Source: Mycoavidus cysteinexigens
GTDB lineage: Bacteria; Pseudomonadota; Gammaproteobacteria; Burkholderiales; Burkholderiaceae
DNA: 64,000 nt
Reading direction: 5' to 3'
Assembly (NCBI GenBank): GCA_031963405.1
Contig: JASSUJ010000001.1
Coordinates: 1,547,802 to 1,611,801 of the forward strand
Every line of letters begins with the position of its first letter. The stretch's first letter is position 1. A program made the position numbers and the translations under genes. Shown here piece by piece: positions 20,803 through 31,516 of this stretch. The notes beneath the pieces are model-generated. The model was given only the letters and a program-made list of their open reading frames with translations. It made no database searches and was not told the DNA's origin.

Positions 20803-21534
20803 TTAGTATTTTGTGCCGACATGTAATGCCACGACGCCGGCTGATAAATTGTAGTACTCAACTTTATTGAATCCTGCTTGTTCCATCATCATCTTTAATT
20901 CATTTTGATCTGGATGCATGCGAATCGATTCGGCTAAATAGCGATAACTCTCTGCGTCCCCTGCAATCTTGCGCCCGAGCCAAGGCAGCACTTTAAATGA
21001 GTAAAAATCATACGCTTTGGCTAAAGGTTGATAAACCTTTGAGAATTCAAGCACAAGCAGCTTGCCGCCGTGTTTGAGCACGCGCTGCATTTCAGCGAGT
21101 GCGGCTTGCTTATGGGTCATATTGCGTAATCCAAAAGCGACTGTTACGACATCGAAGTAATGGCTAGGAAAGGCGATTTTTTCGGCGTCACACAATAGTG
21201 TGGGCACGATAAGTCCTTTATTCAGCAAGCGATCTCGTCCTACCCGCAGCATTTCTTCATTGATATCACTCAACCACACTTCACCATGCTCACCGACCTG
21301 CTTGGCAAATGCCTGCGACAGGTCGCCCGTGCCACCAGCCAAATCTAATACCTTAAAGCCCGTGCGCACGCCGGCTTGTGACACAGTGAAAGCTTTCCAT
21401 AAGCGGTGCATGCCAACTGACATGACATCGTTCATGACATCGTATTTTTTGGCCACCGAATTAAATACATCGGCTACTTTTTTAGCTTTTTCATCTTCAT
21501 CAACGCGCTGAAAGCCGAAGTGAGTTTGGTTCAT
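20803..21534 (-). CDS. ubiE: Ubiquinone/menaquinone biosynthesis C-methyltransferase UbiE
   Basis: 243 aa with THFGFQRV...[24 protein letters not shown] and the SAM motif [10 protein letters not shown]. Confidence 0.95.
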   Translation of the reverse strand: MNQTHFGFQRVDEDEKAKKVADVFNSVAKKYDVMNDVMSVGMHRLWKAFTVSQAGVRTGFKVLDLAGGTGDLSQAFAKQVGEHGEVWLSDINEEMLRVGRDRLLNKGLIVPTLLCDAEKIAFPSHYFDVVTVAFGLRNMTHKQAALAEMQRVLKHGGKLLVLEFSKVYQPLAKAYDFYSFKVLPWLGRKIAGDAESYRYLAESIRMHPDQNELKMMMEQAGFNKVEYYNLSAGVVALHVGTKY

Positions 21535-21701
21535 AAAGGTTACCTTAGCTTATCTCAGCTGTTTGCGGCAGAGCTTGCAAAAATCGCTGAATCATTGATC
21601 AGAAAAAGCCGTTCTGTGCGGCGTCATGCTTTTGCGCCACGCCTATAAATACACGGCTGTCTGGGATGGCATACCTGGCTCTAGATGGAGTCAGCTTTTC
21701 C

Positions 21702-22121
21702 TTAATGAAGCGTTGAGGGGTAGTCGCGGCTGAGTGAGGCAGCAGCCAATTCGTCCAGATACTTTTGCCAGAGCGCATCATAGCCTATCGCCAGCTCATA
21801 TAAATAATCCCATGAATAAATGCCTGACGCATGGCCATCTGAAAAAGTTGGCTGGATTGCGTAATTGCCAACAGCCGCAATCGATGTAATCCCGACCTCA
21901 CGCTTGCCAGCTTGTAATGTTGAGTGCTGACGACGATGGCCGCGCACCTCAGCAGATGGCGAATACACACGTAGATATTCAAAAGGTAAGGCAAATGAAC
22001 GGTCATCAGCATATTGCACTTCAAGCGAGCGTGACTTTTTGTGTACAACCATTCCAGTTGGAATAGGGGTATTGGCTTTAAGTCCGGCCATGGTTTTCTT
22101 TATGCTTTCCCACTTGTTCAA
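21702..22121 (-). CDS. DUF971 domain-containing protein
   Basis: 139 aa with LEVQYADDRSFALPFEYLRVYSPSAEVRGH ... GNYAIQPTFSDGHASGIYSWDYLYEL, typical of DUF971. Confidence 0.8.
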   Translation of the reverse strand: MNKWESIKKTMAGLKANTPIPTGMVVHKKSRSLEVQYADDRSFALPFEYLRVYSPSAEVRGHRRQHSTLQAGKREVGITSIAAVGNYAIQPTFSDGHASGIYSWDYLYELAIGYDALWQKYLDELAAASLSRDYPSTLH

Positions 22122-22468
22122 GCGGAGTATAGATTTTAAAAAGAGGCTCAGTACGAAGAGTTGTGAGTCGGTGTTAGTGATTCTCTTTACGTTAGCTGGA
22201 GCAAAGAGGTGTTATTTATTGCCTTCTTCATTCACAAGTCTAATGTTGAGTTTCTAAGTGGGCGATAAAAATTGCATACGGATTGTAAAAGTTAGGCGTG
22301 TCATGTAGGGGAGTTCCAGCTATCTTACTTCAGTGTTTTACACGATATGCCAAATGTTGCTGGGTATATATAAATCTTGTGTAACGCATTGAGCCTAGCT
22401 ATGCAAAAACAGCTGCGTTAATTATCAGCTTAGTTTCTTCTAAGAATCTGTCTCCAGGAGATATACCA

Positions 22469-23146
22469 ATGCTCCCTATTGAAACACTGCCATCCCAGTC
22501 ATCGATCCTCACCAATCACGCTCGTAGGGTTGACCACACTCCTCATAAACTTGACGCAGCCATTCAGCCTTTGCTTCAGGAGGCCGAGAAAATACTTGAA
22601 GAACTCGGACCTGTACCTCCATTGGAGGGGTACATGAGAAAAACTCCTTCGGTGCTGGCGGATAGCTTTTTAAGCGGTGTCCAAGCAGTAGCGAAAAGGG
22701 GTGATACAACAATGTTGTACATGGCTATGTTTATACCAGTAAGTGCAGTAGTAAGTGCATTAGCAGATATTTTTTTAGCGAAAACAGAATCCAAGCTTAA
22801 CGAAAAAATCGCGCTGCTTATTCTGCTTTGTATGCTCATCCCCTCTTTTGCTCAAAATTTTGGAAGCTACACGCTGCAAAGACACAATTGGTTATCGTTG
22901 CACGATATTGCTGAAAACTTAGTTTCAACTTTAAAGCTAGCCGAGGCAGCAGCAGAAGGTGAAACACAGCAGCCATCATCTTTAGCGCGAAAGGTAATAT
23001 CAGATAAGGTCGCATTACAAGCGCTTAAGGAGCGTATAGCGGCTCCAATGCGAGCAATGACACCGGAAGACAACTTACTTATTGAGCGACTGCAAAGCCT
23101 TCTTGAACAAACAGCGCTTTTTTGCCGAAACTCGCCAATTTTTTAA
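22469..23146 (+). CDS. Orphan membrane protein with paired hydrophobic segments
   Basis: 225-aa ORF starting MLPIETLPSQSSILTNHARR. Two hydrophobic stretches (MLYMAMFIPVSAVVSALADIFL and IALLILLCMLIPSFAQNF) are separated by a short loop. The C-terminal half is helical. I recognise no family. Confidence 0.5.
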   Translation: MLPIETLPSQSSILTNHARRVDHTPHKLDAAIQPLLQEAEKILEELGPVPPLEGYMRKTPSVLADSFLSGVQAVAKRGDTTMLYMAMFIPVSAVVSALADIFLAKTESKLNEKIALLILLCMLIPSFAQNFGSYTLQRHNWLSLHDIAENLVSTLKLAEAAAEGETQQPSSLARKVISDKVALQALKERIAAPMRAMTPEDNLLIERLQSLLEQTALFCRNSPIF

Positions 23147-23257
23147 AGATGCGCGATCTATAAGTGGCAAAAATTTTTTTGCTCCGCTTTGCAGAAGAAA
23201 TGAAAATAATATAAAAGCTAAAATATTTTTTAGTATTTAATTATTTATTGTTTTATT

Positions 23258-24223
23258 TTAGACACATAATAAAAAAGAGACATCATGTCGAATATCTCTT
23301 TTTTTGCTGACTGACTCTTGATTAATTGCCTTAGAAAATTTATCAATAACTTCTATTGTCGTTCCTTCTTCTTGTGGAAGCTTTTCTGCCTCTTCTAAAG
23401 TGGTTTTCGCTTTTTTTATTCTTTTTCTAGGTTCATCTGCGAAATTATCAAATTTTTCGTGTGGAATTGAGAAAGCGTTAGTGCCTAGCAAAAATTGTTT
23501 CGCCCTACCTTTTGATGTGCCCTCGGCGTGTAAACGTGTTTCTGCCTCTTGGTGAGTAAGAAATTCATTTTCTACGAGAAGTTTTAGCTCTTCTGCATTT
23601 CTCTTAAGTGCACCACGTGATCCTGCATTCGCACCCGTTAAATATCGTTTAACCGTGCTCTTCGCTGCGCCCTTTTCTTGTAAAAGTTTTTCTGCCTCTT
23701 TACGAGTAAGGTGGCCGTTTTCTATAAGAGGTCTAAGCTCTTTTGCATACTTCTTAAATTCGCCAGTTGGGCTTGGGTTTGTGCCAGGGGACATATATTT
23801 TTTAGCCGTATCTTTTGCAGCACCCTTCGCTTGTAAATGCTTTTCTGCCTCTTTACGGGTAAGGATGCCATTTTCTACGAGAGGTCTAAGCTTTGCTGCA
23901 TATCCCCTAAGTTTTCCCCATGAGATTGTGCTCATATCCATAAAATACTGCTGAGCTGCACCCTGCGCTATGTCTTTGACGGGTAAATATTCTTGCCCCC
24001 CTTGCTCAGTTATACCTTCGCTTCTTATAGAGGAGCTACAGAGCCTCTGCATATTTCCTTGATTAAGGTATGTCTCTGCTGTCAGTAGATTATTACGGCC
24101 AGGAGATACAACGTCGTCCAACGGCGTATGTAGAGGTTCGCTAACTTCGTGTGCGGATTTATTAAGTGCTGCTGTAACGCTTGAGGTAGGTTGAATCGTA
24201 TTGCTTAAGGTTATTGCTGTCAT
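23258..24223 (-). CDS. Orphan tandem-repeat protein (about 4 x 51 aa), candidate secreted effector
   Basis: 321 aa starting MTAITLSNTIQPTSSVTAAL. Repeats such as YAAKLRPLVENGILTRKEAEKHLQAKGAAKDTAKKY / YAKELRPLIENGHLTRKEAEKLLQEKGAAKSTVKRY / NAEELKLLVENEFLTHQEAETRLHAEGTSKGRAKQF, plus a degenerate fourth, are also visible as DNA similarity over 23333-23917. A perfect PIP/hrpII box lies 74 bp upstream. Confidence 0.65.
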   Translation of the reverse strand: MTAITLSNTIQPTSSVTAALNKSAHEVSEPLHTPLDDVVSPGRNNLLTAETYLNQGNMQRLCSSSIRSEGITEQGGQEYLPVKDIAQGAAQQYFMDMSTISWGKLRGYAAKLRPLVENGILTRKEAEKHLQAKGAAKDTAKKYMSPGTNPSPTGEFKKYAKELRPLIENGHLTRKEAEKLLQEKGAAKSTVKRYLTGANAGSRGALKRNAEELKLLVENEFLTHQEAETRLHAEGTSKGRAKQFLLGTNAFSIPHEKFDNFADEPRKRIKKAKTTLEEAEKLPQEEGTTIEVIDKFSKAINQESVSKKRDIRHDVSFLLCV

Positions 24224-24296
24224 GGGGGGGTATTTCGCGCTTTATTTTTCTATCCAAAAGTTTATGGGCAGCGATACCCATAAACGTAATAAATAG

Positions 24297-24320
24297 CGAA
24301 TATTTTTGCGTTAAAACGAA
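24297..24320 (-). promoter_or_regulatory. PIP/hrpII-type box TTCG-N16-TTCG
   Basis: The minus strand reads ttcgttttaacgcaaaaatattcg (TTCGT-N15-TTCGC), about 74 bp upstream of the ATG at 24223. Confidence 0.6.
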
Positions 24321-24500
24321 GCGATAGCTTTTTTAATTTTTCTGTACTTTCGACTGTTACAAAAAAATTATTTAAATAGGAATAAACAATTGAGATAAAT
24401 ATCAGTCGTTTAGGGAAATGCTGAATCAATCCCTATTTGTCTTCCTAAAAGCAAGAAGGCCGATTAGGTGGGCGCGCGAGAATTATTCGGCTTATGCAAT

Positions 24501-24935
24501 TTACAATTGTTGCGCGTGCTGTAACTCAGTCAATAAAGCTGTGCCCAGTGCTTTAGCCTGTTGCGCGCGCGCCTCTAATTTTTCTGGATTAGCTTCGCGC
24601 ACGCGTGCGGCCCAAATGGGCTGAGGAAAGTGCGCATCGTCGTGATAGCGTGGAATGACGTGCCAATGTAAATGGGGCACTTGGTTGCCGAGACTTGCGA
24701 AATTTATCTTAGTCGGCTGCATAAGCTCGTGTAATACACGCTCGAGGGCCGCTATGACATTCATTAGATGAGTACGTTGCGCTGTAGTGAGTGCGGAAAA
24801 TTCAGTCACATGGCCATGCCATATCACGCGGCAAAAACCTGGGTAATCGGGTTCATCGAGCACTCTTACGATACGCAACGACTCGTCACGCCATAGCAGC
24901 TCGCCGCCTTCATGGTTACAAAACACGCAGTTCAT
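24501..24935 (-). CDS. HIT family (histidine triad) protein
   Basis: 144 aa with the histidine triad NQVPHLHWHVIPR. Confidence 0.85.
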   Translation of the reverse strand: MNCVFCNHEGGELLWRDESLRIVRVLDEPDYPGFCRVIWHGHVTEFSALTTAQRTHLMNVIAALERVLHELMQPTKINFASLGNQVPHLHWHVIPRYHDDAHFPQPIWAARVREANPEKLEARAQQAKALGTALLTELQHAQQL

Positions 24936-25040
24936 TGTGGCTTTAAGAAAACACTAAACGAGTTCTTAGAAGTAGGGACTTCTGTTAAAAGACCAGGATT
25001 GCGGCGCAACCAAGTAGTGCCGCAATCCCTGCGAATTTTT

Positions 25041-28000
25041 TTACACCAATACACGCTCAATTCCACCAGCGTTCGCCTGGTTGACGTAATCGACTAGCCA
25101 ATTTTTACCGAGTTTATGACGCGCAATTTCAACCACGATATAGTCGGCCTCTACGTTGGCATCGTCGCCATAGCGCGACAGTCCTTGCAGACACGAAGGG
25201 CAGCTGGTTAGGATTTTTACTGGGCTAGCATTGCTGTCTTTTTCCTCGGGGAATGCTTGGTTTAAGCGTGCCACACCCTTCTTAATTTCTTCCTCTTTGC
25301 GAAAGCGTATTTGGGTTGAGATATCTGGGCGGGTAACGGCCAAGGTACCTGACTCTCCGCAACAACGATCATTTTTCTCGATGGTATAGCCGCTCTTAGC
25401 CGTGTCCATCAATTGATTGACAAGGGCGATGGGCTCCATGGTTTTGATCGGTGTGTGACATGGGTCGTGGTACATATAACGCATGCCCTCGATGGCTTGT
25501 CCATTTTGGTCGCTGAGGGTTACGCCTTTTTCTAATAAAAATTCATGAATATCAATCAACCGACAGCCAGGGAAAATCTTGTCAAATTCATAGCCGGAAA
25601 TTTGGTCGTAGCAAGTGCCGCATGACACGATGACGGTTTTTATATCTAAATAATTCAGCGTATTAGCAACACGGTGGAACAGCACCCGATTATCAGTGAC
25701 GATTTTTTCCGCTTTATCGAATTGCCCAGCGCCACGCTGTGGGTAGCCACAGCAGAGATAGCCTGGCGGTAATACGGTTTGCACGCCCACATGCCATAGC
25801 ATCGCTTGAGTCGCTAAGCCCACTTGTGAAAAAAGTCGCTCAGAGCCGCAGCCAGGAAAATAAAACACGGCTTCTGTATCAACCGTTGTCGCATTAGGGT
25901 TGCGGATAATCGGTACGGTTTTGTTGTCTTCAATATTTAAAAGTGCACGGGCCGTTTTTTTAGGCAAATTGCCGGGCATTTTTTTGTTAATGAAGTGGAT
26001 CACCTGCTCAGCAATAGGTGCTTTGCCAACGGTTGCTGGCGGACGTGCAGTTTGCTTGCGGGCAAATTTCTTAAAGAGCTGATTACCCAGCCGTTGCGCT
26101 TTGTAGCCCCATTTAATCAAGACCTCGCGCGTCATGCGGATGGTGCGTGGGTCAGTGGCGTTTAAGAAAAACATACTGGCTGCCGAGCCTATATTGAATT
26201 TCTTTTTGCCCATTTTGCGCAGCAAATTGCGCATATTCATTGTCACGTCGCCAAAATCGATTTTGACGGGGCAAGGAGTTAAGCATTTGTGGCAGACGGT
26301 GCAATGGTCTGCCACGTCGTTAAAGGCTTCCCAATGCTTGACTGAAATACCGCGGCGAGTTTGCTCTTCATAAAGAAAAGCTTCAATCAGCAAAGAGGTC
26401 GCCAAGATTTTATTGCGCGGGCTATACAGTAGGTTCGCTCGCGGTACATGTGTCGCGCACACTGGCTTACATTTGCCGCAGCGCAGGCAATCTTTAATAC
26501 TATGGGCAATCTCGTCAATATCAGAGCGCTGCATAATCAGCGACTCGTAATCCATTAGCGCAAAGCTAGGGGTATACGCATTGCGCAGATCAGCATGCAA
26601 GCCTGGCAGATTAAGCAATTTGCCTTGATTAAAGCGTCCCTGCGGGTCAATGCGTTGCTTATAAGCGCGAAAATCGGCTAACTCCGCGTCCGTCAGAAAT
26701 TCCAGCTTGGTAATGCCAATACCATGCTCGCCCGAAATCACGCCATTCAGCCTACGCGCCAGCTGCATAATTTTGGCCACCGCCTGATGCGCGTCTTGCA
26801 GCATCTCATAGTCATCCGAATTCACCGGAATGTTCGTATGTACGTTGCCATCGCCCGCGTGCATATGCAGTGCAATAAAAACACGGGAGTGCAATATGCG
26901 GGCGTGGATTTTCTGCACTTCATCAAGAATCGGCTGGAAGGCTCCGCCATTGAAGATCTGCCTCAGTAAAGCGCGTATTTCCTTTTTCCACGAGACACGT
27001 ACGCTACGCTCCTGCAACACATCAAAGACGGTCGCCTCAGGTTGCGTACTAGCGCATTGCGCCAAGAATGCCGCATCGCTTTGATCACCAAGTGCTTGTA
27101 GTGCTGTGCATGCGCTAGATAACTTAGTATCTAAATGGTCGCGCCAATAATTCCAGCGTGCGCGTACCGCTGCCAGCAGCGTAAGTGCACGATTAACTCG
27201 ATCTTCAAGCAGCTCAGCACCCGGAATTTCGTGTGCATCATCCGTTTTACCGAGCGGTAGCTCGCGGCCCTTGAAAAATACTTCCAACGCATCAATAAGC
27301 TGCAATTTGTTTTTCAGCGACAACTCAATATTGAGGCGTTCAATCTCGTCTGTATACTCGCCCATTTGGTCAAGCGGGATGACCACATCCTCGTTGATCT
27401 TAAAGGCGTTGGTATGTTTGGCAATTGCTGCGGTGCGGGCGCGATCAAGCCAGAAGCGTTTGCGTGCCTCGGCGCTCACAGCGACAAAACCTTCTCCACG
27501 CCTGGAGTTGGCAATACGTACCACTTCAGAGGCGGCAACGGCTACGGCATTGGCATCGTTGCCAACAATATCACCGATTAACACCATTTTGGGCAAAGCC
27601 GCCTCAGCGCCTTGCTGTTTTGATTTGGTCGCATAGCCCACGGCGCTTAAGTAGCGCTCGTCCAAATGCTCAAGGCCTGCCAGTTGCACTGAAGGTGTCG
27701 TTAGCGTTTGGCCATCGGCCGTATCGGTGGGGTTTACTTTGGCTAGACTAAATAAATAATCTTTGATTTCGACAATGCTCGGAATAGCCTCGCGCGCTGG
27801 GCCAAAAAATTCAAGGCAAACCGTGCGGGTGTGCGCTGGCATTTTATGCAGTATCCAGCGGGCGCTGGTAATGAGGCCATCGCACCCTTCTTTTTGTATG
27901 CCAGGTAAACCCGCGAGAAATTTGTCGGTGACATCTTTACCCAAGCCAGCTTTACGGAAGCGCTGCCCTTCAATTTTTAGCTCTTCCGTGCGCAAGAGCT

Positions 28001-29129
28001 TTTGCCCTGGCGCATGGTGGCCATCAAACCATTTCAGTTCGAAACGAGCGAGCGGCACTTCGTGAATTTTGCCAAGGCTATGGTCTAGGCGCGTGACTTC
28101 GAGCCAATTGCCTTCTGGGTCAACCATGCGCCACCAGGCTAAGTTATCGAGCGCAGTGCCCCATAAAACAGCTTTTTTGCCGCCGGCATTCATGGCGATA
28201 TTGCCGCCAATACAGGAAGCATCTAGGGAAGTTGGGTCAACTGCGAAGACGTAGCCTGCTTGCTCAGCCGCTTCACTCACGCGTCTGGTTACCACGCCCG
28301 CCCCAGAAAAAATGGTCGCAACTGAGTCCGACACGCCAGGCAGTGCGGTTAATTCAACCGCGCCGAGCTGTTCTAATTTCTCGGTATTAATGACAGCCGA
28401 GAGAGGGGTCAACGGCACTGCGCCACCGGTATAGCCGGTGCCGCCTCCGCGTGGAATGATCGTGAGGCCTAGCCTAAAGCAACCTTGGATAAGGCCGGCT
28501 ATTTCAGCCTCGCTATCGGGTGTGAGAACGACGAACGGATACTCAACGCGCCAATCGGTCGCGTCGGTGACGTGCGAGACACGCGATAGGGCATCGAATT
28601 TGATGTTGTCTGGACGGGTATAGTGACCAAGCACCTTACGCGCACGCCGGCGTAGCTTGTTGAAATGCGTGAACTCAGCGCTAAACTTATCGACGGCGCT
28701 GCGCGCTGTCGCGAGCAATGAGCCCACGCGTGTGATACGCGCTTGCTGCCTGGCTTGGTCGTCTTCCGTAGTAGGCACAAGCAAATCAACGTAGCGACGC
28801 TTATCAATTTCTGACAGCCGATGATTTAAGGCGGAGATTAAAAGTGCGCGTCGTTTGCGGTTATCCAGCAAATCGTCTTGCACATAAGGATTGCGGCGCA
28901 CCACCCAAAGGTCGCCGAGCACTTCATACAGCATGCGCGCTGAACGGCCCGTACCTCGTTCGGTACGTAACTCGACGAGAGTGTGCCAAGCCTCTTCACC
29001 CAAAAGTCGAATCACAACTTCGCGATCAGAAAAAGAGGTGTAGTTGTAAGGAATCTCACGCAAGCGAGGCGTGTCGGTGGGCGGTGTGCCGCTAGTTAGG
29101 TGCGGCTCGAAAATAGCAGGTGCGTTCAT
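25041..29129 (-). CDS. Large FAD-linked oxidase fused to an Fe-S / CCG-domain oxidoreductase (GlcD-GlcF-like fusion)
   Basis: About 1360 aa. It contains an FAD-binding PCMH-type region ([16 protein letters not shown]), 4Fe-4S cluster motifs ([11 protein letters not shown] and [12 protein letters not shown]) and C-terminal Cys-rich CCG repeats (CCGYPQ, CCGESG). I chose the ATG at 29129. The track ORF starts at the TTG at 29138. Confidence 0.9.
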   Translation of the reverse strand: MNAPAIFEPHLTSGTPPTDTPRLREIPYNYTSFSDREVVIRLLGEEAWHTLVELRTERGTGRSARMLYEVLGDLWVVRRNPYVQDDLLDNRKRRALLISALNHRLSEIDKRRYVDLLVPTTEDDQARQQARITRVGSLLATARSAVDKFSAEFTHFNKLRRRARKVLGHYTRPDNIKFDALSRVSHVTDATDWRVEYPFVVLTPDSEAEIAGLIQGCFRLGLTIIPRGGGTGYTGGAVPLTPLSAVINTEKLEQLGAVELTALPGVSDSVATIFSGAGVVTRRVSEAAEQAGYVFAVDPTSLDASCIGGNIAMNAGGKKAVLWGTALDNLAWWRMVDPEGNWLEVTRLDHSLGKIHEVPLARFELKWFDGHHAPGQKLLRTEELKIEGQRFRKAGLGKDVTDKFLAGLPGIQKEGCDGLITSARWILHKMPAHTRTVCLEFFGPAREAIPSIVEIKDYLFSLAKVNPTDTADGQTLTTPSVQLAGLEHLDERYLSAVGYATKSKQQGAEAALPKMVLIGDIVGNDANAVAVAASEVVRIANSRRGEGFVAVSAEARKRFWLDRARTAAIAKHTNAFKINEDVVIPLDQMGEYTDEIERLNIELSLKNKLQLIDALEVFFKGRELPLGKTDDAHEIPGAELLEDRVNRALTLLAAVRARWNYWRDHLDTKLSSACTALQALGDQSDAAFLAQCASTQPEATVFDVLQERSVRVSWKKEIRALLRQIFNGGAFQPILDEVQKIHARILHSRVFIALHMHAGDGNVHTNIPVNSDDYEMLQDAHQAVAKIMQLARRLNGVISGEHGIGITKLEFLTDAELADFRAYKQRIDPQGRFNQGKLLNLPGLHADLRNAYTPSFALMDYESLIMQRSDIDEIAHSIKDCLRCGKCKPVCATHVPRANLLYSPRNKILATSLLIEAFLYEEQTRRGISVKHWEAFNDVADHCTVCHKCLTPCPVKIDFGDVTMNMRNLLRKMGKKKFNIGSAASMFFLNATDPRTIRMTREVLIKWGYKAQRLGNQLFKKFARKQTARPPATVGKAPIAEQVIHFINKKMPGNLPKKTARALLNIEDNKTVPIIRNPNATTVDTEAVFYFPGCGSERLFSQVGLATQAMLWHVGVQTVLPPGYLCCGYPQRGAGQFDKAEKIVTDNRVLFHRVANTLNYLDIKTVIVSCGTCYDQISGYEFDKIFPGCRLIDIHEFLLEKGVTLSDQNGQAIEGMRYMYHDPCHTPIKTMEPIALVNQLMDTAKSGYTIEKNDRCCGESGTLAVTRPDISTQIRFRKEEEIKKGVARLNQAFPEEKDSNASPVKILTSCPSCLQGLSRYGDDANVEADYIVVEIARHKLGKNWLVDYVNQANAGGIERVLV

Positions 29130-29177
29130 GTGCGGCAAATTGTACTGTATTGCTTACCCCAAGGTCGGTCTTATCTA

Positions 29178-29280
29178 AGAACTTGTTTAGGATTTCCCTA
29201 GCGCCCTCGCGCCGCCTTGCCGTACGTTTTGTACTGTCTGCGTCGGCGCGAGGGCGCTAGGGAAACCCTAAACAAGTTCT
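29178..29280. repeat. Palindromic element, family A (complete copy)
   Basis: A nearly perfect long inverted repeat: agaacttgtttaggatttccctagcgccctcgcgcc ... ggcgcgagggcgctagggaaaccctaaacaagttct, around the core gccttgccgtacgttttgtactgtctgcgtc. Confidence 0.8.
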
Positions 29281-29294
29281 AGTCAAGGTGGTGG

Positions 29295-29386
29295 CTTAGG
29301 GTTTCCCTAGCCCCGCGCCGCTTTGCCGTACGTTTTGTACTGTCTGCGTCGGCGCAAGGCCACTAGGAAAACCCTAAACAAGTTCT
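29295..29386. repeat. Palindromic element, family A (second, left-truncated and diverged copy)
   Basis: cttagggtttccctagccccgcgcc...gtacgttttgtactgtctgcgtcggcgcaaggccactaggaaaaccctaaacaagttct sits directly after copy A1. Confidence 0.7.
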
Positions 29387-29516
29387 AAGAGCCGGTTCCC
29401 GATCTCCCTAAAAGGCCGTGATTTGGCGTTGGGCGGTGCTCGGAATTCTCACGGTTCCTGTGCTCCGGTCTCCCTCAACTGACGACCTTTTAGAGAGATC
29501 GTAAATCGGCTCTTAG
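29387..29516. repeat. MITE/REP-like palindromic element, family B
   Basis: aagagccggttcccgatctccctaaaaggccgtgatttgg...ggtgctcggaattctcac...ctccggtctccctcaactgacgaccttttagagagatcgtaaatcggctctt has inverted termini and the shared family B core. Confidence 0.7.
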
Positions 29517-29546
29517 AGCCTAAACATATTCTAAGGGAGCTGCTGC

Positions 29547-31004
29547 TTATGTTTTACTTGATGCGTGCTTGGCATAGCGTGCTAATGTTTCTTTACGTGC
29601 CTCATCATGGACAACAAGCGGGCGCGCATAGGTTTTGCTCAATTGTACGTTAGCAAGCGCCAACGTCTCAGTGCTTGCTTGCCAGGGTGCGTGTATCGTT
29701 TTGCTCGGCAAGTTTTTTAGTTCGGGAATGTAGCGGCGAATAAATTCACCTTGCGGGTCAAATTTAATCGACTGGGTAATGGGGTTAAAGATACGAAAAT
29801 AAGGCTGTGCATCACAACCTGTTGATGCTGACCACTGCCAGCCGCCGTTGTTCGCGGCTAAATCAAAGTCATTTAATTGTGCGGCAAAATATTGTTCACC
29901 CCAGCGCCAGTTAATCCCTAAATCTTTGGCGAGAAAACTGGCTGTTAGCATACGTAGCCGATTGTGCATATAGCCTGTTTGATTCAGCTGACGCATCGCC
30001 GCGTCCACCAACGGGTAGCCAGTACGCCCTTCACACCAAGCGGCAAAATACTTATCAGCCAGTACGCCTGAGCGCCATTCGATAGACGCATATTCTGCGC
30101 GAAAGGCTTCCTGCGCGACGTGTGGGTGATGAAACAAAATCATAAAATAAAAATCACGCCAAATCAGCTCACTCAGCCACACTGCCGCCCCTTGATTGCC
30201 ACGTAGCATTTCAGCATGCGCAAGTCGTGCGAGGGTACGAATAGAAATAGTGCCAAAACGTAAATGCACTGACAAATAACTCGGCCCTTTGCGCGCTGGG
30301 TAGTCACGCTTTTCATGATAGTGCTTTAGACGTGGCAAAAAATCACCGAGCAATTGGGCTGCGCCTTCACTGCCTGCAGGTAAAGCAATACGTCGTTCAG
30401 CCGCAGCGCTAAAGCCAAGTGCTTTCAGTGATGGGAGTTGCGTAGGCTGGTTGGCTGGCGGCACTGCTAAAGCAGAGCAATTTTCTTCGAGCGGAAAAGG
30501 AGATAAATGCTCAGGACGAAGTTCTCTTAGCCAAGCATTTTTGTAGGGCGTAAAAACAGTATAAGGCGTTTTTCCTTGCGTCAAAATTTCGTCGATCTCA
30601 AAGATCACTTGATCTTTATAGGCGAAAAGCGCGCAACCCTGGCTATGTAGTTGCAAGCTTACTTTTCGGTCACGTTCAAGCGCCTGAGGCTCGTAATCAC
30701 GATTAATAAAAACCGCTTGAATCTTTAATTGACGTACCAGTTTAGGAATCTCTTCCTGTGCATTGCCATGCAGCACAATCAGCTTGCCACCCGCTTGTGC
30801 CAATTGCTTTTGTAAAGAAGCTAAACAGTCATGAATAAACGGAATACGCCGATCATCAGATGGCAGTGGTGCCAAGATAGAGGTATCGAAGACAAACACA
30901 CAAAAAACTTGACGGGCGTGCCGCAATGCTTGAGATAAAGCGGCCTGATCATTAACGCGCAAATCACGACGGAACCAAACTAAGCCACGTTCAAATTCGC
31001 TCAT
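29547..31004 (-). CDS. phrB: Deoxyribodipyrimidine photo-lyase (cryptochrome/photolyase family)
   Basis: 485 aa with N-terminal [16 protein letters not shown] and C-terminal FAD-binding-domain motifs ([47 protein letters not shown]). Confidence 0.9.
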   Translation of the reverse strand: MSEFERGLVWFRRDLRVNDQAALSQALRHARQVFCVFVFDTSILAPLPSDDRRIPFIHDCLASLQKQLAQAGGKLIVLHGNAQEEIPKLVRQLKIQAVFINRDYEPQALERDRKVSLQLHSQGCALFAYKDQVIFEIDEILTQGKTPYTVFTPYKNAWLRELRPEHLSPFPLEENCSALAVPPANQPTQLPSLKALGFSAAAERRIALPAGSEGAAQLLGDFLPRLKHYHEKRDYPARKGPSYLSVHLRFGTISIRTLARLAHAEMLRGNQGAAVWLSELIWRDFYFMILFHHPHVAQEAFRAEYASIEWRSGVLADKYFAAWCEGRTGYPLVDAAMRQLNQTGYMHNRLRMLTASFLAKDLGINWRWGEQYFAAQLNDFDLAANNGGWQWSASTGCDAQPYFRIFNPITQSIKFDPQGEFIRRYIPELKNLPSKTIHAPWQASTETLALANVQLSKTYARPLVVHDEARKETLARYAKHASSKT

Positions 31005-31057
31005 CAGATAGTGTTTCCAATAGATCTATGAACAGGTTCTAAGCTACTTGGCATAAG

Positions 31058-31516
31058 TTATGGCCTCACAAAGAGCCGTTTGTCCCAAATGACGGGTTGC
31101 GGCTTGGACACAATAATACGTGCTGCGTCTGGATGCGTCGGGTTAACCAGTGCATTCCATTCCTGCTGAGCGATGACTGATGGAACCAACAGTACAGCAG
31201 AGCGCGCCTCTGTTAACCATTGATCGCCGAATAAACGTGCAGATTGGCTGGATGAGGCGTTCCAATCTTCCGGTAAAGTTTCGACAGTAGCCTTTTCGAC
31301 CGACACAGCATCAGGTACCTCAGCTATCACGCAGACATGCGTGTGCGGTATGCGTCCAATGCTGGTGCGCACTAGAATTTCAAGCATGGCGCCCGCATAA
31401 GTAAGAGCCGCATAAATAACGGGCCGCCCCGGGCTATTAAATCGCCCACCTATCAGCATTGCACCAGAACCAGACCATACCGGGTGGCGTCCATCAGCAA
31501 TACGATAGAGCCGCAT
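31058..31516 (-). CDS. RES domain toxin (RES-Xre type II TA system)
   Basis: About 152 aa from the ATG at 31516 (MRLYRIADGRH...). The RES-domain signature region is GGRFNSPGRPVIYAALTYAGAMLEILV ... LVPSVI. The start overlaps the antitoxin stop (TAATG). Confidence 0.85.
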   Translation of the reverse strand: MRLYRIADGRHPVWSGSGAMLIGGRFNSPGRPVIYAALTYAGAMLEILVRTSIGRIPHTHVCVIAEVPDAVSVEKATVETLPEDWNASSSQSARLFGDQWLTEARSAVLLVPSVIAQQEWNALVNPTHPDAARIIVSKPQPVIWDKRLFVRP

